NCBI GenBank assembly: GCA_951406725.2
Contig: OX597824.1
Location: 8,494,001 to 8,558,000, forward strand
Source of the DNA: Octopus vulgaris
Lineage: Eukaryota
Reading direction: 5' to 3'
Length of the DNA: 64,000 nt
A program made the translations under genes and the position numbers. This document shows, in pieces, positions 13,501 through 28,500 of the stretch (position 1 is the stretch's first letter; each line of letters starts with the position of its first letter). The notes under the pieces were generated by a model. That model was not told the origin of the DNA and searched no databases. It saw nothing but the letters and a program-made list of their open reading frames with translations.

Positions 13501-16500
13501 GGGACGCGAGCAAGGAATGTTGAACATTCCAGAGAGGGGAATTGAAGGTGAAGGGGAGGTAGGGGAGGAAGGAATATTGAACATTCCAGAGAGGGGGATT
13601 TGAAGGTGAAGATGAGGACGGGGAGGAAGGAATGTTGAACATTCCAGAGAGGGGGATTTGAAGGTGAAGGGGAGGAAGGGGAGGAAGGAATATTGAACAT
13701 TCCAGAGAGGGGGATTTGAAGGTGAAGGGGAGGAAGGGGAAGAAGGAATATTGAACATTCCAGAGAGGGGGATTTGAAGGTGAAGGGGAGGAAGGGGAGG
13801 AAGGAATATTGAACATTCCAGAGAGGGGGATATGAAGGTGTAAATGAGGGACGGGAGCAAGGAATGTTGAACATTCCAGAGTGGGGGATTTGAAGGTGAA
13901 GGGGAGGAAGGGGAGGAAGGAATGTTGAACATTCCAGAGAGGGGGATTTGAAAGTGAAGGGGAGGAAGGGGAGGAAGGAATGTTGAACATTCCAGAGAGG
14001 GGGATTTGAAGGTGAAGATGATGGAAGGGGAGGAAGGAATGTTGAACATTCCAGAGAGGGGGATTTGAAGGTGTTGGGGTGGAAGGGGAGGAAGGAATGT
14101 TGAACATTCCAGAGAGGGGGATTTGAAGGTGAAGGGGAGGAAGGGGAGGAAGGAATGTTGAACATTCCAGAGAGGGGGATTTGAAGGTGAAGGGGAGGAA
14201 GGGGAGGAAGGAATGTTGAACATTCCAGAGAGGGGGATTTGAAGGTGAAGGGGAGGAAGGGGAGGAAGGAATGTTGAACATTCCAGAGAGGGGGATTTGA
14301 AGGTGAAGATGAGGGACGCGAGCAAGGAATGTTGAACATTCCAGAGAGGGGGATTTGAAGGTGAAGGGGAGGAAGGGGAGGAAGGAATATTGAACATTCC
14401 AGAGAGGGGGATTTGAAGGTGAAGGGGAGGAAGGGGAGGAAGGAATGTTGAACATTCCAGAGAGGGGGATTTGAAGGTGAAGGGGAGGAAGGGGAGAAAG
14501 GAATGTTGAACATTCCAGATAGGGGGATTTGAAGGTGAAGGGGAGGAAGGGGAGGAAGGAATGTTGAACATTCCAGAGAGGGGGATTTGAAGGTGAAGGG
14601 GAGGAAGGAATGTTGAACATTCCAGTGAGGGGGATTTGAAGGTGAAGGGGAGGAAGGGGAGGAAGGAATGTTGAACATTCCAGAGAGGGGGATTTGAAGG
14701 TGAAGATGAGGGACGCGAGCAAGGAATGTTGAACATTCCAGAGAGGGGAATTGAAGGTGAAAGGGAGGTAGGGGAGGAAGGAATATTGAACATTCCAGAG
14801 AGGGGGATTTGAAGGTGAAGATGAGGGACGGGAGCAAGAAATGTTGAGCATTCCAGAGAGGGGGATTTGAAGGAGAAGGGGAGGAAGGGGAGGAAGGAAT
14901 ATTGAACATTCCAGAGAGGGGGATTTGAAGGTGAAGGGAGGAAGGGGAGGAAGGAATATTGAACATTCCAGAGAGGGGATTTGAAGGTGAAGGGGAGGAA
15001 GGGGAGGAAGGAATGTTGAACATTCCAGAGAGGGGGATTTGAAGGTGAAGATGAGGGACGAGAGCAAGGAATGTTGAACATTCCAGAGAGGGGGATTTGA
15101 AGGTGAAGGGGAGGGAGGGGAGGAAGGAATGTTGAACATTCCAGAGAGGGGGATTTGAAGGTGAAGGGGAGGAAGGGAAGGAAGGAATATTGAACATTCC
15201 AGAGAGGGGGATTTGAAGGTGAAGATGAGGAAGGGGAGCAAGGAATGTTGAACATTCCAGAGAGGGGGATTTGAAGGTGAAGGGGAGGAAGGGGAGGAAG
15301 GAAATATTGAACATTCCAGAGAGGGGGATTTGAAGGTGAAGGGAGGAAGGGGAGGAAGGAATGTTGAACATTCCAGAGAGGGGGATTTGAAGGTGAAGGG
15401 GATGGACGGGAGGAAGGAATTTTGAACATTCCAGAGAGGGGGATTTGAAGGTGAAGGGGAGGAAGGGGAGGAAGGAATGTTGAACATTCCAGAGAGGGGG
15501 ATTTGAAGGTGAAGATGCGGAAGGAACGGAAGGAATTTTGAACATTCCAGAGAGGGGGATTTGAAGGTGAAGGGGAGGAGAGGGGAGGAAGGAATGTTGA
15601 ACATTCCAGAGAGGGGGATTTGAAGGTGAAGGGGAGGAAGGGAAGGAAGGAATATTGAACATTCCAGAGAGGGGGATTTGAAGGTGAATGGGAGGAAGGG
15701 GAGGAAGGAATGTTGAACATTCCAGAGAGGGGGATTTGAAGGTGAAGGGGAGGAAGGGGAGGAAGGAATGTTGAACATTCCAGAGAGGGGGATTTGAAGG
15801 TGAAGGGGAGGAAGGGGAGGAAGGAATGATTGAACATTCCAGAGAGGGGGATTTGAAGGTGAAGGGGAGGAAGGGGAGGAAGGAATGTTGAACATTCCAG
15901 AGAGGGGGATTTGAAGGTGTTGGGGAGGAAGGGGAGGAAGGAATGTTGAACATTCCAGAGAGGGGGATTTGAAGGTGAAGGGGAGGAAGGGGAGGAAGGA
16001 ATGTTGAACATTCCAGAGAGGGGGATTTGAAAGGTGAAGGGGAGGAAGGGAGGAAGGAATGTTGAACATTCCAGAGAGGGGGATTTGAAGGTGAAGGGGA
16101 GGAAGGGGAGGAAGGAATGTTGAACATTCCAGAGAGGGGGATTTGAAGGAAGGTGAAGGGGAAGGAAGGAATGTTGAACATTCCAGAGAGGGGGATTTGA
16201 AGGTGAAGGGGAGGAATGGGAGGAAGGAATAGTGAACATTCCAGAGAGGGGGATTTGAAGGTGAAGGGGAGGAACGGGAGGAAGGAATATTGAACATTCC
16301 AGAGAGGGGGATTTGAAGGTGAAGGGGAGGAAGGAATGTTGAACATTCCAGAGAGGGGGATTTGAAGGTGAAGGGAAAGAAGGGGAGGAAGGAATGTTGA
16401 ACATTCCAGATAGGGGGATTTGAAGGTTAAGATGAGGGACGCGAGCAAGGAATGTTGAACATTCCAGAGAGGGGAATTGAAGGTGAAGGGGAGGAAGGGG

Positions 16501-19500
16501 AGGAAGGAATGTTGAACATTCCAGAGAGGGGGATTTGAAGGTGAAGATGAGGGACGGGAGCAAGAAATGTTGAACATTCCAGAGAGGGGGATTTGAAGGT
16601 GAAGGGGAGGAAGGGGAGGAAGGAATGTTGAACATTCCAGAGAGGGGGATTTGAAGGTGAAGGGGAGGAAGGGGAAGAAGGAATATTGAACATTCAACAG
16701 AGGGGGATTTGAAGGTGAAGGGGAGGAAGGGGAGGAAGGAATATTGAACATTCCAGAGAGGGGGATATGAAGGTGTAAATGAGGGACGGGAGCAAGGAAT
16801 GTTGAACATTCCAGAGAGGGGGATTTGAAGGTGAAGGGGAGGAAGGGGAGGAAGGAATATTGAACATTCCAGGGAGGGGGATTTGAAGGTGAAGGGGAGG
16901 GAGGGAAGGAAGGAATGTTGAACATTCCAGAGAGGGGGATTTGAAGGTGAAGGGGAGGAAGGGGAGGAAGGAATGTTGAACATTCCAGAGAGGGGGATTT
17001 GAAGGTGAAGATGAGGGAGGGAGCAAGGAATGATGAACATTCCAGAGAGGGGGATTTGAAGGTGAAGGGGAGGAAGGGGAGGAAGGAATGTTGAACATTC
17101 CAGAGAGGGGGATTTGAAGGTGAAGGGAGGAAGGGGAGGAAGGAATGTTGAACATTCCAGAGAGGGGGATTTGAGAGGTGAAGATGAGGGAGTGAGCAAG
17201 GAATGTTGAACATTCCAGAGAGGGGAATTGAAGGTGAAGGGGAGGGAGGGGAGGAAGGAATGTTGAACATTCCAGAGAGGGGGATTTGAAGGTGAAGGGG
17301 AGGAAGGGGAGGAAGGAATGTTGAACATTCCAGAGAGGGGGATTTGAAGGTGAAGGGGAGGAAGGGAGGAAGGAATGTTGAACATTCCAGAGAGGGGGAT
17401 TTGAAGGTGAAGGGGAGGAAGGGGAGGAAGGAATTTTGAACATTCCAGAGAGGGGGATTTGAAGGTGAAGGGAGGAAGGAATGTTGAACATTCCAGAGAG
17501 GGGGATTTGAAGGTGGAGATGATGGACGGGAGGAAGGAATTTTGAACATTCCAGAGAGGGGGATTTGAAGGTGAAGGGGAGGAAGGGGAGGAAGGAATGT
17601 TGAACATTCCAGAGAGGGGGATTTGAAGGTGAAGATGAGGGACGCGAGCAAGGAATGTTGAACATTCCAGAGAGGGGAATTGAAGGTGAAGGGGAGGTAG
17701 GGGAGGAAGGAATATTGAACATTCCAGAGAGGGGGATTTGAAGGTGAAGATGAGGGACGGGAGCAAGAAATGTTGAACATTCCAGAGAGGGGGATTTGAA
17801 GGTGAAGGGGAGGAAGGGGAGGAAGGAATGTTGAACATTCCAGAGAGGGGGATTTGAAGGTGAAGGGGAGGAAGGGGAGGAAGGAATATTGAACATTCCA
17901 GAGAGGGGGATTTGAGGTGAAGGGGAGGAAGGGGAGGAAGGAATGTTGAACATTCCAGAGAGGGGGATTTGAAGGTGAAAGGGATGGACGGGAGCAAGGA
18001 ATGTTGAACATTCCAGGGAGGGGGATTTGAAGGTGAAGGGGAGGAAGGGGAGGAAGGAATGTTGAACATTCCAGAGAGGGGGATTTGAAGGTGAAGGGGA
18101 GGAAGGGGAGGAAGGAATGTTGAACATTCCAGAGAGGGGAATTTGAAGGTGAAGGGGAGGAAGGAATGTTGAACATTCCAGAGAGGGGGATTTGAAGGTG
18201 AAGGGAGGAAGGAATGTTGAACATTCCAGAGAGGGGGATTTGAAGGTGAAGATGAGGGAGTGAGCAAGGAATGTTGAACATTCCAGAGAGGGGGATTTGA
18301 AGGTGAAGGGAAGGAAGGGGAGGAAGGAATGTTGAACATTCCAGAGAGGGGGATTTGAAAGTTAAGATGTGGGACAGGAGCAAGGAATATTGAACATTCC
18401 AGAGAGGGGGATTTTAAGGTGAAGGGGAGGAACGGGAGCAAGGAATGTTCAACATTCCAGAGAGGGGGAATTGAAGGTGAAGGGGAGGAAGGGGAGGATG
18501 GAATGTTGAACATTCCAGAGAGGGGGATTTAAGGTGAAGGGGAGGAAGGGGAGGAAGGAATGTTGAACATTCCAGAGAGGGGGATTTGAAGGTGAAGGGG
18601 AGGAAGGGGAGGAAGGAATGTTGAACATTCCAGAGAGGGGGATTTGATGGTGAAGATGAGGGACGGGAGCAAGAAATGTTGAGCATTCCAGAGAGGGGAT
18701 TTGAAGGTGAAGGGGAGGAAGGGGAGGAAGGAATGTTGAACATTCCAGAGAGGGGATTTGAAGGTGAAGGGGAGGAAGGGGAGGAAGGAATATTGAACAT
18801 TCCAGAGAGGGGGATTTGAAGGTGAAGGGGAGGAAGGGGAGGAAGGAATATTGAACATTCCAGAGAGGGGGATTTGAAGGTGAAGGGGAGGAAGGAAAGG
18901 AATGTTGAACATTCCAGAGAGGGGGATTTGAAGGTGAAGATGAGGGACGGGAGCAAGGAATGTTGAACATTCCAGAGAGGGGGATTTGAAGGTGAAGATG
19001 AGGGACGGGAGCAAGAAATGTTGAGCATTACAGAGAGGGGGATTTGATGGTGAAGGGGAGGAAGGGGAGGAAGGAATATTGAACATTCCAGAGAGGGGGA
19101 TTTGAAGGTGTTGGGGAGGAAGGGGAAGAAGGAATGTTGAACATTCCAGAGAGGGGGATTTGAAGGTGAAGGGGAGGAAGGGGAGGAAGGAATGTTGAAC
19201 ATTCCAGAGAGGGGGATTTGAAGGTGAAGGGGAGGAAGGAATGTTGAACATTCCAGAGAGGGGGATTTGAAGGTGAAGAGGAGGAAGGGGAGGAAGGAAT
19301 GTTGAACATTCCAGAAAGGGGGATTTGAAGGTGAAGATGAGGGACGTGAGCAAGGAATGTTGAACATTCCAGAGAGGGGGATTTGAAGGTGAAGATGAGG
19401 GACGGGAGGAAGGAATATTGAACATTCCAGAGAGGGGGATTTGAGGTGAAGGGAGGAAGGGGCGGAAGGAATATTGAACATTCCAGAGAGGGGGATTTGA

Positions 19501-22500
19501 AGGTGAAGGGGAGGAACGGGAGGAAGGAATATTGAACATTCCAGAGAGGGGGATTTGAAGGTGAAGGGGAGGAAGGGGAGGAAGGAATATTGAACATTCC
19601 AGAGAGGGGGATTTGAAGGTGAAGGGGAGGAAGGGGAGGAAGGAATGTTGAACATTCCAGAGAGGGGATTTGAAGGTGAAGATGAGGAAGGGAGCAAGGA
19701 ATGATGAACATTCCAGAGAGGGGGATTTGAAGGTGAAGGGGAGGAAGGGGAGGAAGGAATGTTGAACATTCCAGAGAGGGGGATTTGAAGGTGAAGGGAG
19801 GAAGGGGAGGAAGGAATGTTGAACATTCCAGAGAGGGGGATTTGAAGGTGAAGATGATGGACAGGAGCAAGGAATGTTGAACATTCCAGAGAGGGGGATT
19901 TGAAGCTGTTGGGGTGGAAGGGGAAGAAGGAATGTTGAACATTCCAGAGAGGGGGTTTTGAAGGTGAAGGGGAGGAAGGAATGTTGAACATTCCAGAGAG
20001 GGGGATTTGAAGGTGAAGGGGAGGAAGGGGAGAAAGGAATGTTGAACATTCCAGAGAGGGGGATTTGAAGGTGAAGGGAGGAAGGGGAGGAAGGAATGTT
20101 GAACATTCCAGAGAGGGGGATTTGAAGGTGAAGGGGAGGAAGGAATGTTGAACATTCCAGAGAGGGGGATTTGAAGGTGAAGGGGAGGAAGGGGAGGAAG
20201 GAATGTTGAACATTCCAGAGAGGGGGATTTGAAGGTGAAATGAGGGAGGAAGGAATGTTGAACATTCCAGAGAGGGGGGATTTGAAGGTGAAGGGGAGGA
20301 AGGGGAGGAAGGAATATTGAACATTCCAGAGAGGGGGATTTGAAGGTGAAGGTGAGGAAGGGGAGCAAGGAATGTTGAACATTCCAGAGAGGGGGATTTG
20401 AAGGTGAAGGGGAGGAAGGGGAGGAAGGAATGTTGAACATTCCAGAGAGGGGGATTTGAAGGTGAAGGGGAGGAAGGGGAGGAAGGAATATTGAACATTC
20501 CAGAGAGGGGGATTTGAAGGTGAAGGGGAGGAAGGGGAGGAAGGAATATTGAACATTCCAGAGAGGGGATTTGAAGGTGAAGGGGAGGAAGGGGAGGAAG
20601 GAATGTTGAACATTCCAGAGTGGGGGATTTGAAGGTGAAGGGGAGGAAGGGGAGGAAGGAATGTTGAACATTCCAGAGAGGGGGATTTGAAGGTGAAGGG
20701 GAGGAAGGGGAGGAAGGAATGTTGAACATTCCAGAGAGGGGGATTTGAAGGTGAAGGGAGGAAGGGGAGGAAGGAATGTTGAACATTCCAGAGAGGGGGA
20801 TTTGAAGGTGAAGGGGAGGAAGGGGAGGAAGGAATGTTGAACATTCCAGAGAGGGGGATTTGAAGGTGAAGGGGAGGAAGGGGAGGAAGGAATGTTGAAC
20901 ATTCCAGAGAGGGGGATTTGAAGGTGAAGGGGAGGAAGGGAGGAAGGAATGTTGAACATTCCAGAGAGGGGGATTTGAAGGTGTTGGGGAGGAAGGGGAG
21001 GAAGGAATGTTGAACATTCCAGAGAGGGGGATTTGAAGGTGAAGGGGAGGAAGGGGAGGAAGGAATGTTGAACATTCCAGAGAGGGGGATTTGAAGGTGA
21101 AGGGGAGGAAGGGGAGGAAGGAATGTTGAACATTCCAGAGAGGGGGATTTGAAGGTGAAGGGGAGGAAGGGGAGGAGGAAGGAATGTTGAACATTCCAGA
21201 GAGGGGGATTTGAAGGTGAAGGAGAGGAAGGAATGTTGAACATTCCAGAGAGGGGGATTTGAAGGTGAAGCGGAGGAAGGGGAGGAAGGAATGTTGAACA
21301 TTCCAGAGAGGGGGATTTGAAGGTGAAGGGGAGGAAGGGGAGGAAGGAATGTTGAACATTCCAGAGAGGGGGATTTGAAGGTGAAGGGGAGGAAGGGGAG
21401 GAAGGAATATTGAACATTCCAGAGAGGGGGATTTGAAGGTGAAGATGAGGTACGGGAGCAAGAAATGTTGAACATTCCAGAGAGGGGGATTTGAAGGTGA
21501 AGGGGAGGAAGGGGAGGAAGGAATGTTGAACATTCCAGAGAGGGGGATTTGAAGGTGAAGGGGAGGAAGGGGAGGAAGGAATATTGAACATTCCAGAGGG
21601 GGGGATTTGAAGGTGAAGGGGAGGAAGGGGAGGAAGGAATATTGAACATTCCAGAGAGGGGGATTTGAAGGTGAAGGGGAGGGAAGGGGGAGGAAGGAAT
21701 GTTGAACATTCCAGAGGGGGGGGATTTGAGAGGTGAAGGGGAGGAAGGGAGGAAGGAATGTTGAACATTCCAGAGAGGGGGATTTGAGAGGTGAAGGGGA
21801 GGAAGGGGAGGAAGGAATGTTGAACATTCCAGAGAGGGGGATTTGAAGGTGAAGGGGAGGAAGGGGAGGAAGGAATGTTGAACATTCCAGAGAGGGGGAT
21901 TTGAAGGTGAAGATGAGGAAGGGGAGGAAGGAATGTTGAACATTCCAGAGAGGGGATTTGAAGGGGAAGGGGAGGAAGGGGAGGAAGGAATGTTGAACAT
22001 TCCAGAGAGGGGGGATTTGAAGGTGAAGGGGAGGAAGGGGAGGAAGGAATGTTGAACATTCCAGAGAGGGGGATTTGAAGGTGAAGGGGAGGAAGGAGAG
22101 GAAGGAATGTTGAACATTCCAGAGAGGGGGATTTGAGAGGTGAAGGGGAGGAAGGGGAGGAAGGAATGTTGAACATTCCAGAGAGGGGGATTTGAAGGTG
22201 AAGGGGAGGAAGGGGAGGAAGGAATGTTGAACATTCCAGAGAGGGGGATTTGAAGGTGAAGGGGAGGAAGGGGAGGAAGGAATGTTGAACATTCCAGAGA
22301 GGGGGATTTGAAGGTGAAGGGAGGAAGGGGAGGAAGGAATGTTGAACATTCCAGAGAGGGGAATTTGAAGGTGAAGGGGAGGAAGGGGAGGAAGGAATGT
22401 TGAACATTCCAGAGAGGGGGATTTGAAGGTGAAGATGAGGGGGAGGAAGGAATGTTGAACATTCCAGAGAGGGGGATTTGAAGGTGAAGGGGAGGAAGGG

Positions 22501-25500
22501 GAGGAAGGAATATTGAACATTCCAGAGAGGGGGATTTGAAAGGTGAAGGGGAGGAAGGGGAGGAAGGAATAGTGAACATTCCAGAGAGGGGGATTTGAAG
22601 GTGAAGGGAGGAAGGGGAGGAAGGAATGTTGAACATTCCAGAGAGGGGGATTTGAAGGTGAAGGGGAGGAAGGGGAGGAAGGAATGTTGAACATTCCAGA
22701 GGGGGGATTTGAAGGTGAAGGGGAGGAAGAAGAGGAAGGAATGTTGAACATTCCAGAGAGGGGGATTTGAAGGTGAAGGAGAGGAAGAGGAAGGAATGTT
22801 GAACATTCCAGAGAGGGGGATTTGAAGGTGAAGGGGAGGAAGGAATGTTGAACATTCCAGAGAGGGATTTGAAGGTGAAGGGAGGAAGGGGAGGAAGGAA
22901 TGTTGAACATTCCAGAGAGGGGGATTTGAAGGTGAAGGGGAGGAAGGGGAAGGAATGTTGAACATTCCAGAGAGGGGATTTGAAGGTGAAGGGGAGGAGG
23001 GGAGGAAGGAATGTTGAACATTCCAGAGAGGGGGATGTGAAGGTGGAGGGAAGGAAGGGGAGGAAGGAATGTTGAACATTCCAGAGAGGGGGATTTGAAG
23101 GTGAAGGGGAGGAAGGGGAGGAAGGAATGTTGAACATTCCAGAGAGGATGATTTGAAGGTGAAGGGGAGGAAGGGGAGGAAGGAATGTTGAACATTCCAG
23201 AGAGGGGGATTTGAAGGTGAAGGGGAGGAAGGGGAGGAAGGAATGTTGAACATTCCAGAGAGGGGGATTTGAAGGTGAAGGGAGGAAGGGAGGAAGGAAT
23301 GTTGAACATTCCAGAGAGGGGGATTTGAAGGTGAAGGGGAGGAAGGGGAGGAAGGAATGTTGAACATTCCAGAGAGGGGGATTTGAAGGTGAAGGGGAGG
23401 AAGGGGAGGAAGGAATATTGAACATTCCAGAGAGGGGGATTTGAAGGTGAAGATGAGGGACGGGAGCAAGGAATGTTGAACATTCCAGAGAGGGATTTGA
23501 AGGTGAAGGGGAGGAAGGGGAGGAAGGAATGTTGAACATTCCAGAGAGGGGGATTTGAAGGTGAAGGGGAGGAAGGGGAGGAAGGAATGTTGAACATTCC
23601 AGAGAGGGGATTTGAAGGTGAAGGGAGGAAGAGAGGAAGGAATGTTGAACATTCCAGAGAGGGGGATTTGAAGGTGAAGGGAGGAAGGGGAGGAAGGAAT
23701 GTTGAACATTCCAGAGAGGGGATTTGAAGGTGAAGGGGAGGGACGGGAGGAAGGAATGTTGAACATTCCAGAGAGGGGGATTTGAAGGTGAAGGGGAGGA
23801 AGGGGAGGAAGGAATGTTGAACATTCCAGAGAGGGGGATTTGAAGGTGAAGGGAAGGAAGGGGTGGAAGGAATGTTGAACATTCCAGAGAGGGGGATTTG
23901 AAGGTTACGTTGAGGAAGGGGAGGAAGGAATGTTGAACATTCCAGAGAGGGGGATTTGAGAGGTGAAGGGGAGGAAGGGGAGGAAGGAATGTTGAACATT
24001 CCAGAGAGGGGGATTTGAAGGTGAAGATGAGGGAAAGGGGAGGAAGGAATGTTGAACATTCCAGAGAGGGGGATTTGAAGGTGAAGGGGAGGAAGGGGAG
24101 GAAGGAATGTTGAACATTCCAGAGAGGGGGATTTGAAGGTGAAGGGAAGGAAGGGGAGGAAGGAATGTTGAACATTCCAGAGAGGGGGATTTGAAAGTTA
24201 AGATGAGGGACGGGAGCAAGGAATATTGAACATTCCAGAGAGGGGGATTTGAAGGTGAAGGGGAGGAACGGGAGCAAGGAATGTTGAACATTCCAGAGAG
24301 GGGAATTTGAAGGTGAAGGGGAGGAAGGGGAGGATGGAATGTTGAACATTCCAGAGAGGGGGATTTGAAGGTGAAGGGGAGGAAGGGGAGGAAGGAATGT
24401 TGAACATTCCAGAGAGGGGGATTTGAAGGTGAAGGGGAGGAAGGGGAGGAAGGAATGTTGAACATTCCAGATAGGGGGATTTGAAGGTGAAGATGAGGAA
24501 GGGAGGAAGGAATATTGAACATTCCAGAGAGGGAGATTTGAAGGTGAAGGGGAGGAACGGGAGGAAGGAATATTGAACATTCCAGAGAGGGGGATTTGAA
24601 GGTGAAGGGGAGGAACGGGAGGAAGGAATATTGAACATTCCAGAGAGGGGGATTTGAAGGTGAAGGGAGGAACGGGAGGAAGGAATATTGAACATTCCAG
24701 AGAGGGGATTTGAAGGTGAAGGGAGGAAGGGGAGGAAGGAATGTTGAACATTCCAGAGAGGGGGATTTGAAGGTGAAGGGGAGGAAGGGGAGGAAGGAAT
24801 ATTGAACATTCCAGAGAGGGGGATTTGAAGGTGAAGGGGAGGAAGAGGAGGAAGGAATGTTGAACATTCCAGAGAGGGGGATTTGATGGTGAAGGGGAGG
24901 AAGGGGAGGAAGGAATATTGAACATTCCAGAGAGGGGGATTTGAAGGTGAAGGTTAGGAACGGGAGCAAAGAATGTTGAACATTCCAGAGAGGGGGATTT
25001 GAAGGTGAAGGGTAGGAATGGGCGGAAGGAATGTTGAACATTCCAGAGAGGGGGATTTGAAGGTGAAGGGGAGGAAGGTGCGGAAGGAATATTGAACATT
25101 CCAGAGGGGGGGATTTGAAGGTGAAGGGGAGGAAGGGGAGGAAGGAATATTGAACATTCCAGAGAGGGGGATTTGAAGGTGAAGGAAGGAAGGTGCAGAA
25201 GGAATATTGAACATTCCAGAGGGGGGGGATTTGAAGGTGAACGGGATGAAGGGATGGAAGGTATATTGAACATTCCAGAGAGGGTGATTTGCAGGTGAAG
25301 GGGAGGAAGGGGAGAAAGTAATGTTGAACATTCCAGAGAGGGGGATTTGAAGGTGAAGGGGATGAAGGGGAGGAAGGGCAGGAAGGAATGTTGGACATTC
25401 CAGAGAGGGGGATTTGAAGGTGAAGGGGAGGAAGGGGAGGAAGGAATATTGAACATTCCAGAGAGGGGGATTTGAAGGTGAAGGGGAGGAACGAGAGCAA

Positions 25501-28500
25501 GGAATGTTGAACATTCCAGAGAGGGGAATTTGAAGGTGAAGGGGAGGAAGGGGAGGAAGGAATGTTGAACATTCCAGAGAGGGGGATTTGAAGGTGAAGA
25601 TGAGGGACAGGAGCAAGGAATGTTGAACATTCCAGAGAGGGGGATTTGAAGGTGAAGGGAGGAACGGGAGGAAGGAATATTGAACATTCCAGAGAGGGGG
25701 ATTTGAAGGTGAAGGGGAGGAACGGGAGGAAGGAATATTGAACATTCCAGAGAGGGGGATTTGAAGGTGAAGGGGAGGAAGGAGGAAGGAATATTGAACA
25801 TTCCAGAGAGGGGATTTGAAGATGAAGGGGAGGAAGGGGAAGGAATGTTGAACATTCCAGAGAGGGGGATTTGAAGGTGAAGGGAGGAAGGGGAGGAAGG
25901 AATATTGAACATTCCAGAGAGGGGGATTTGAAGGTGAAGGGGAGGAACGGGAGGAAGGAATATTGAACATTCCAGAGAGGGGATTTGAAGGTGAAGGGGA
26001 GGAACGGGAGGAAGGAATATTGAACATTCCAGAGAGGGGGATTTGAAGGTGATGGGGAGGAAGGGGAGGAAGGAATATTGAACATTCCAGAGAGGGGGAT
26101 TTTAAGATGAAGGGGAGAACCGGGAGGAAGGAATGTTGAACATTCCAGAGTTGGGGATTTGAAGGTGAAGGGAGGAAGGGGAGGAAGGAATATTGAACAT
26201 TCCAGAGGGGGATTTGAAGGTGAAGGGAAGGAAGGGGAGGAAGGAATGTTGAACATTCCAGAGAGGGGGATTTGAAGGTGATGGAGGAAGGGGAGGAAGG
26301 AATGTTGAACATTCCAGAGAGGGGGATTTGAAGGTGAAGGGAGGAAGGGAGGAAGGAATGTTGAACATTCCAGAGAGGGGGATTTGAAGGTGAAGGGGAG
26401 GAAGGGGAGGAAGGAATGTTGAACATTCCAGAGTGGGGGATTTGAAGGTTCAGTGGAGGAAGTGTTGGAAGGAATATTGAACATTCCAGAGAGGGGGATT
26501 TGAAGGTGAAGGGGAGGAAGAGGAGGAAGGAATGTTGAACATTCCAGAGAGGGGGATTTGAAGGTGAAGGGAGGAAGGGAGGAAGGAATGTTGAACATTC
26601 CAGAGAGGGGGATTTGAAGGTGAAGGGGAGGAAGGGAAGAAGGAATGTTGAACATTCCAGAGGGGGATTTGAAGGTGAAGGGAGGAAGGGGAGGAAGGAA
26701 TATTGAACATTCCAGAGAGGGGATTTGAAGGTGAAGGGAGGAAGGGAGGAAGGAATGTTGAACATTCCAGAGAGGGGGATTTGAAGGTGAAGGGGAGGAA
26801 CGGGAGGAAGGAATAGTGAACATTCCAGAGAGGGGGATTTGAAGGTGAATTGGAGGAACGGAACGGAAGGAATATTGAACATTCCAGAGAGGGGGATTTG
26901 AAGGTGAAGGGGAGGAAGGGAGGAAGGAATATTGAACATTCCAGAGAGGGGGATTTGAAGGTGAAGGGGAGGAAGGGGAGGAAGGAATGTTGAACATTCC
27001 AGAGAGGGGGATTTGAAGGTGAAAGGGAGGAAGGGGAGGAAGGAATGTTGAACATTCCAGAGAGGGGGATTTGAAGGTGAAGGGGAGGAAGGGGAGGAAG
27101 GATTATTGAACATTCCAGAGAGGGGGATTTGAAGGTGATGATGAGGGACGGGAGCAAGGAATGTTGAACATTCCAGAGAGGGGGATTTGAAGGTGAAGGG
27201 GAGGAAGGGAAGGAAGGAATGTTGAACATTCCAGAGAGGGGGATTTTGAAGGTGAAGGGGAGGAAGGGGAGGAAGGAATATTGAACATTCCAGAGAGGGG
27301 GATTTGAAGGTGAAGGGAAGGAAGGAAGGAAGGAATATTGAGCATTCCAGAGAGGGGGATTTGAAGGTGAAGGGGAGGAACGGGAGGAAGGAATATTGAA
27401 CATTCCAGAGAGGGGGATTTGAAGGTGAAGGGGAGGAAGGTGCGGAAGGAATATTGAACATTCCAGAGAGGGGGATTTGAAGGTGAAGGGTAGGAACGGG
27501 AGGAAGGAATGTTGAACATTCCAGAGAGGGGGATTTAAAGGTGAAGGGGAGGAAGGTGCGGAAGGAATGTTGAACATTCCAGAGTGGGGGATTTGAAGGT
27601 TCAGTGGAGGAAGTGTTGGAAGGAATATTGAACATTCCAGAGAGGGGGATTTGAAGGTGAAGGGGAGGAAGGGGCGGAAGGAATATTGAACATTCCAGAG
27701 AGGGGGATTTGAAGGTGAAGGGTAGGAAGGGGAGGAAGGAATGTTGAACATTCCAGAGAGGGGCATTTGAAGGTGAAGGGAGGAAGGGGAGGAAGGAATG
27801 TTGAACATTCCAGAGAGGGGATTTGAAGGTGAAGGGGAGGAACGGGAGGAAGGAATATTGAACATTCCAGAGAGGGAGATTTGAAGCTGAAGGGGAGAAA
27901 GTGGCGGAAGGAATACTGAACATTCCAGAGAGGGGGATTTGAAGGTGAAGGGGAGGAACGGGAGGAAGGAATATTGAACATTCCAGAGAGGGGGATTTGA
28001 AGGTGAAGGGGAGGAAGGGGAGGAAGGAATGTTGAACATTCCAGAGAGGGGGATTTGAAGGTGAATGGGAGGAAGGGGAGGAAGGAATATTGAACATTCC
28101 AGAGAGGGGGATTTGAAGGTGAAGGGGAGGAAGGGGAGGAAGGAATATTGAACATTCCAGAGAGGGGGATTTGAAGGTGAAGGGGAGGAAGGGAAGAAAG
28201 GAATGTTGAACATTCCAGAGAGGGGGATTTGAAGGTGAAGGGGAGGAACGGGAGGAAGGAATATTGAACATTCCAGAGAGGGGCATTTGAAGTTGAAGGG
28301 GAGGAAGTGGAGGAAGGAATAGTGAACATTCCAGAGAGGGGGATTTGAAGGTGAAGGGGAGGAAGGGAGGAAGGAATATTGAACATTCCAGAGAGGGGGA
28401 TTTGAAGGTGAAGGGGAGGAAGGGACGGAAGGAATATTGAACATTCCAGAGAGGGGGATTTGAAGGTGAAGGGGAGGAACGGGAGGAAGGAATATTGAAC

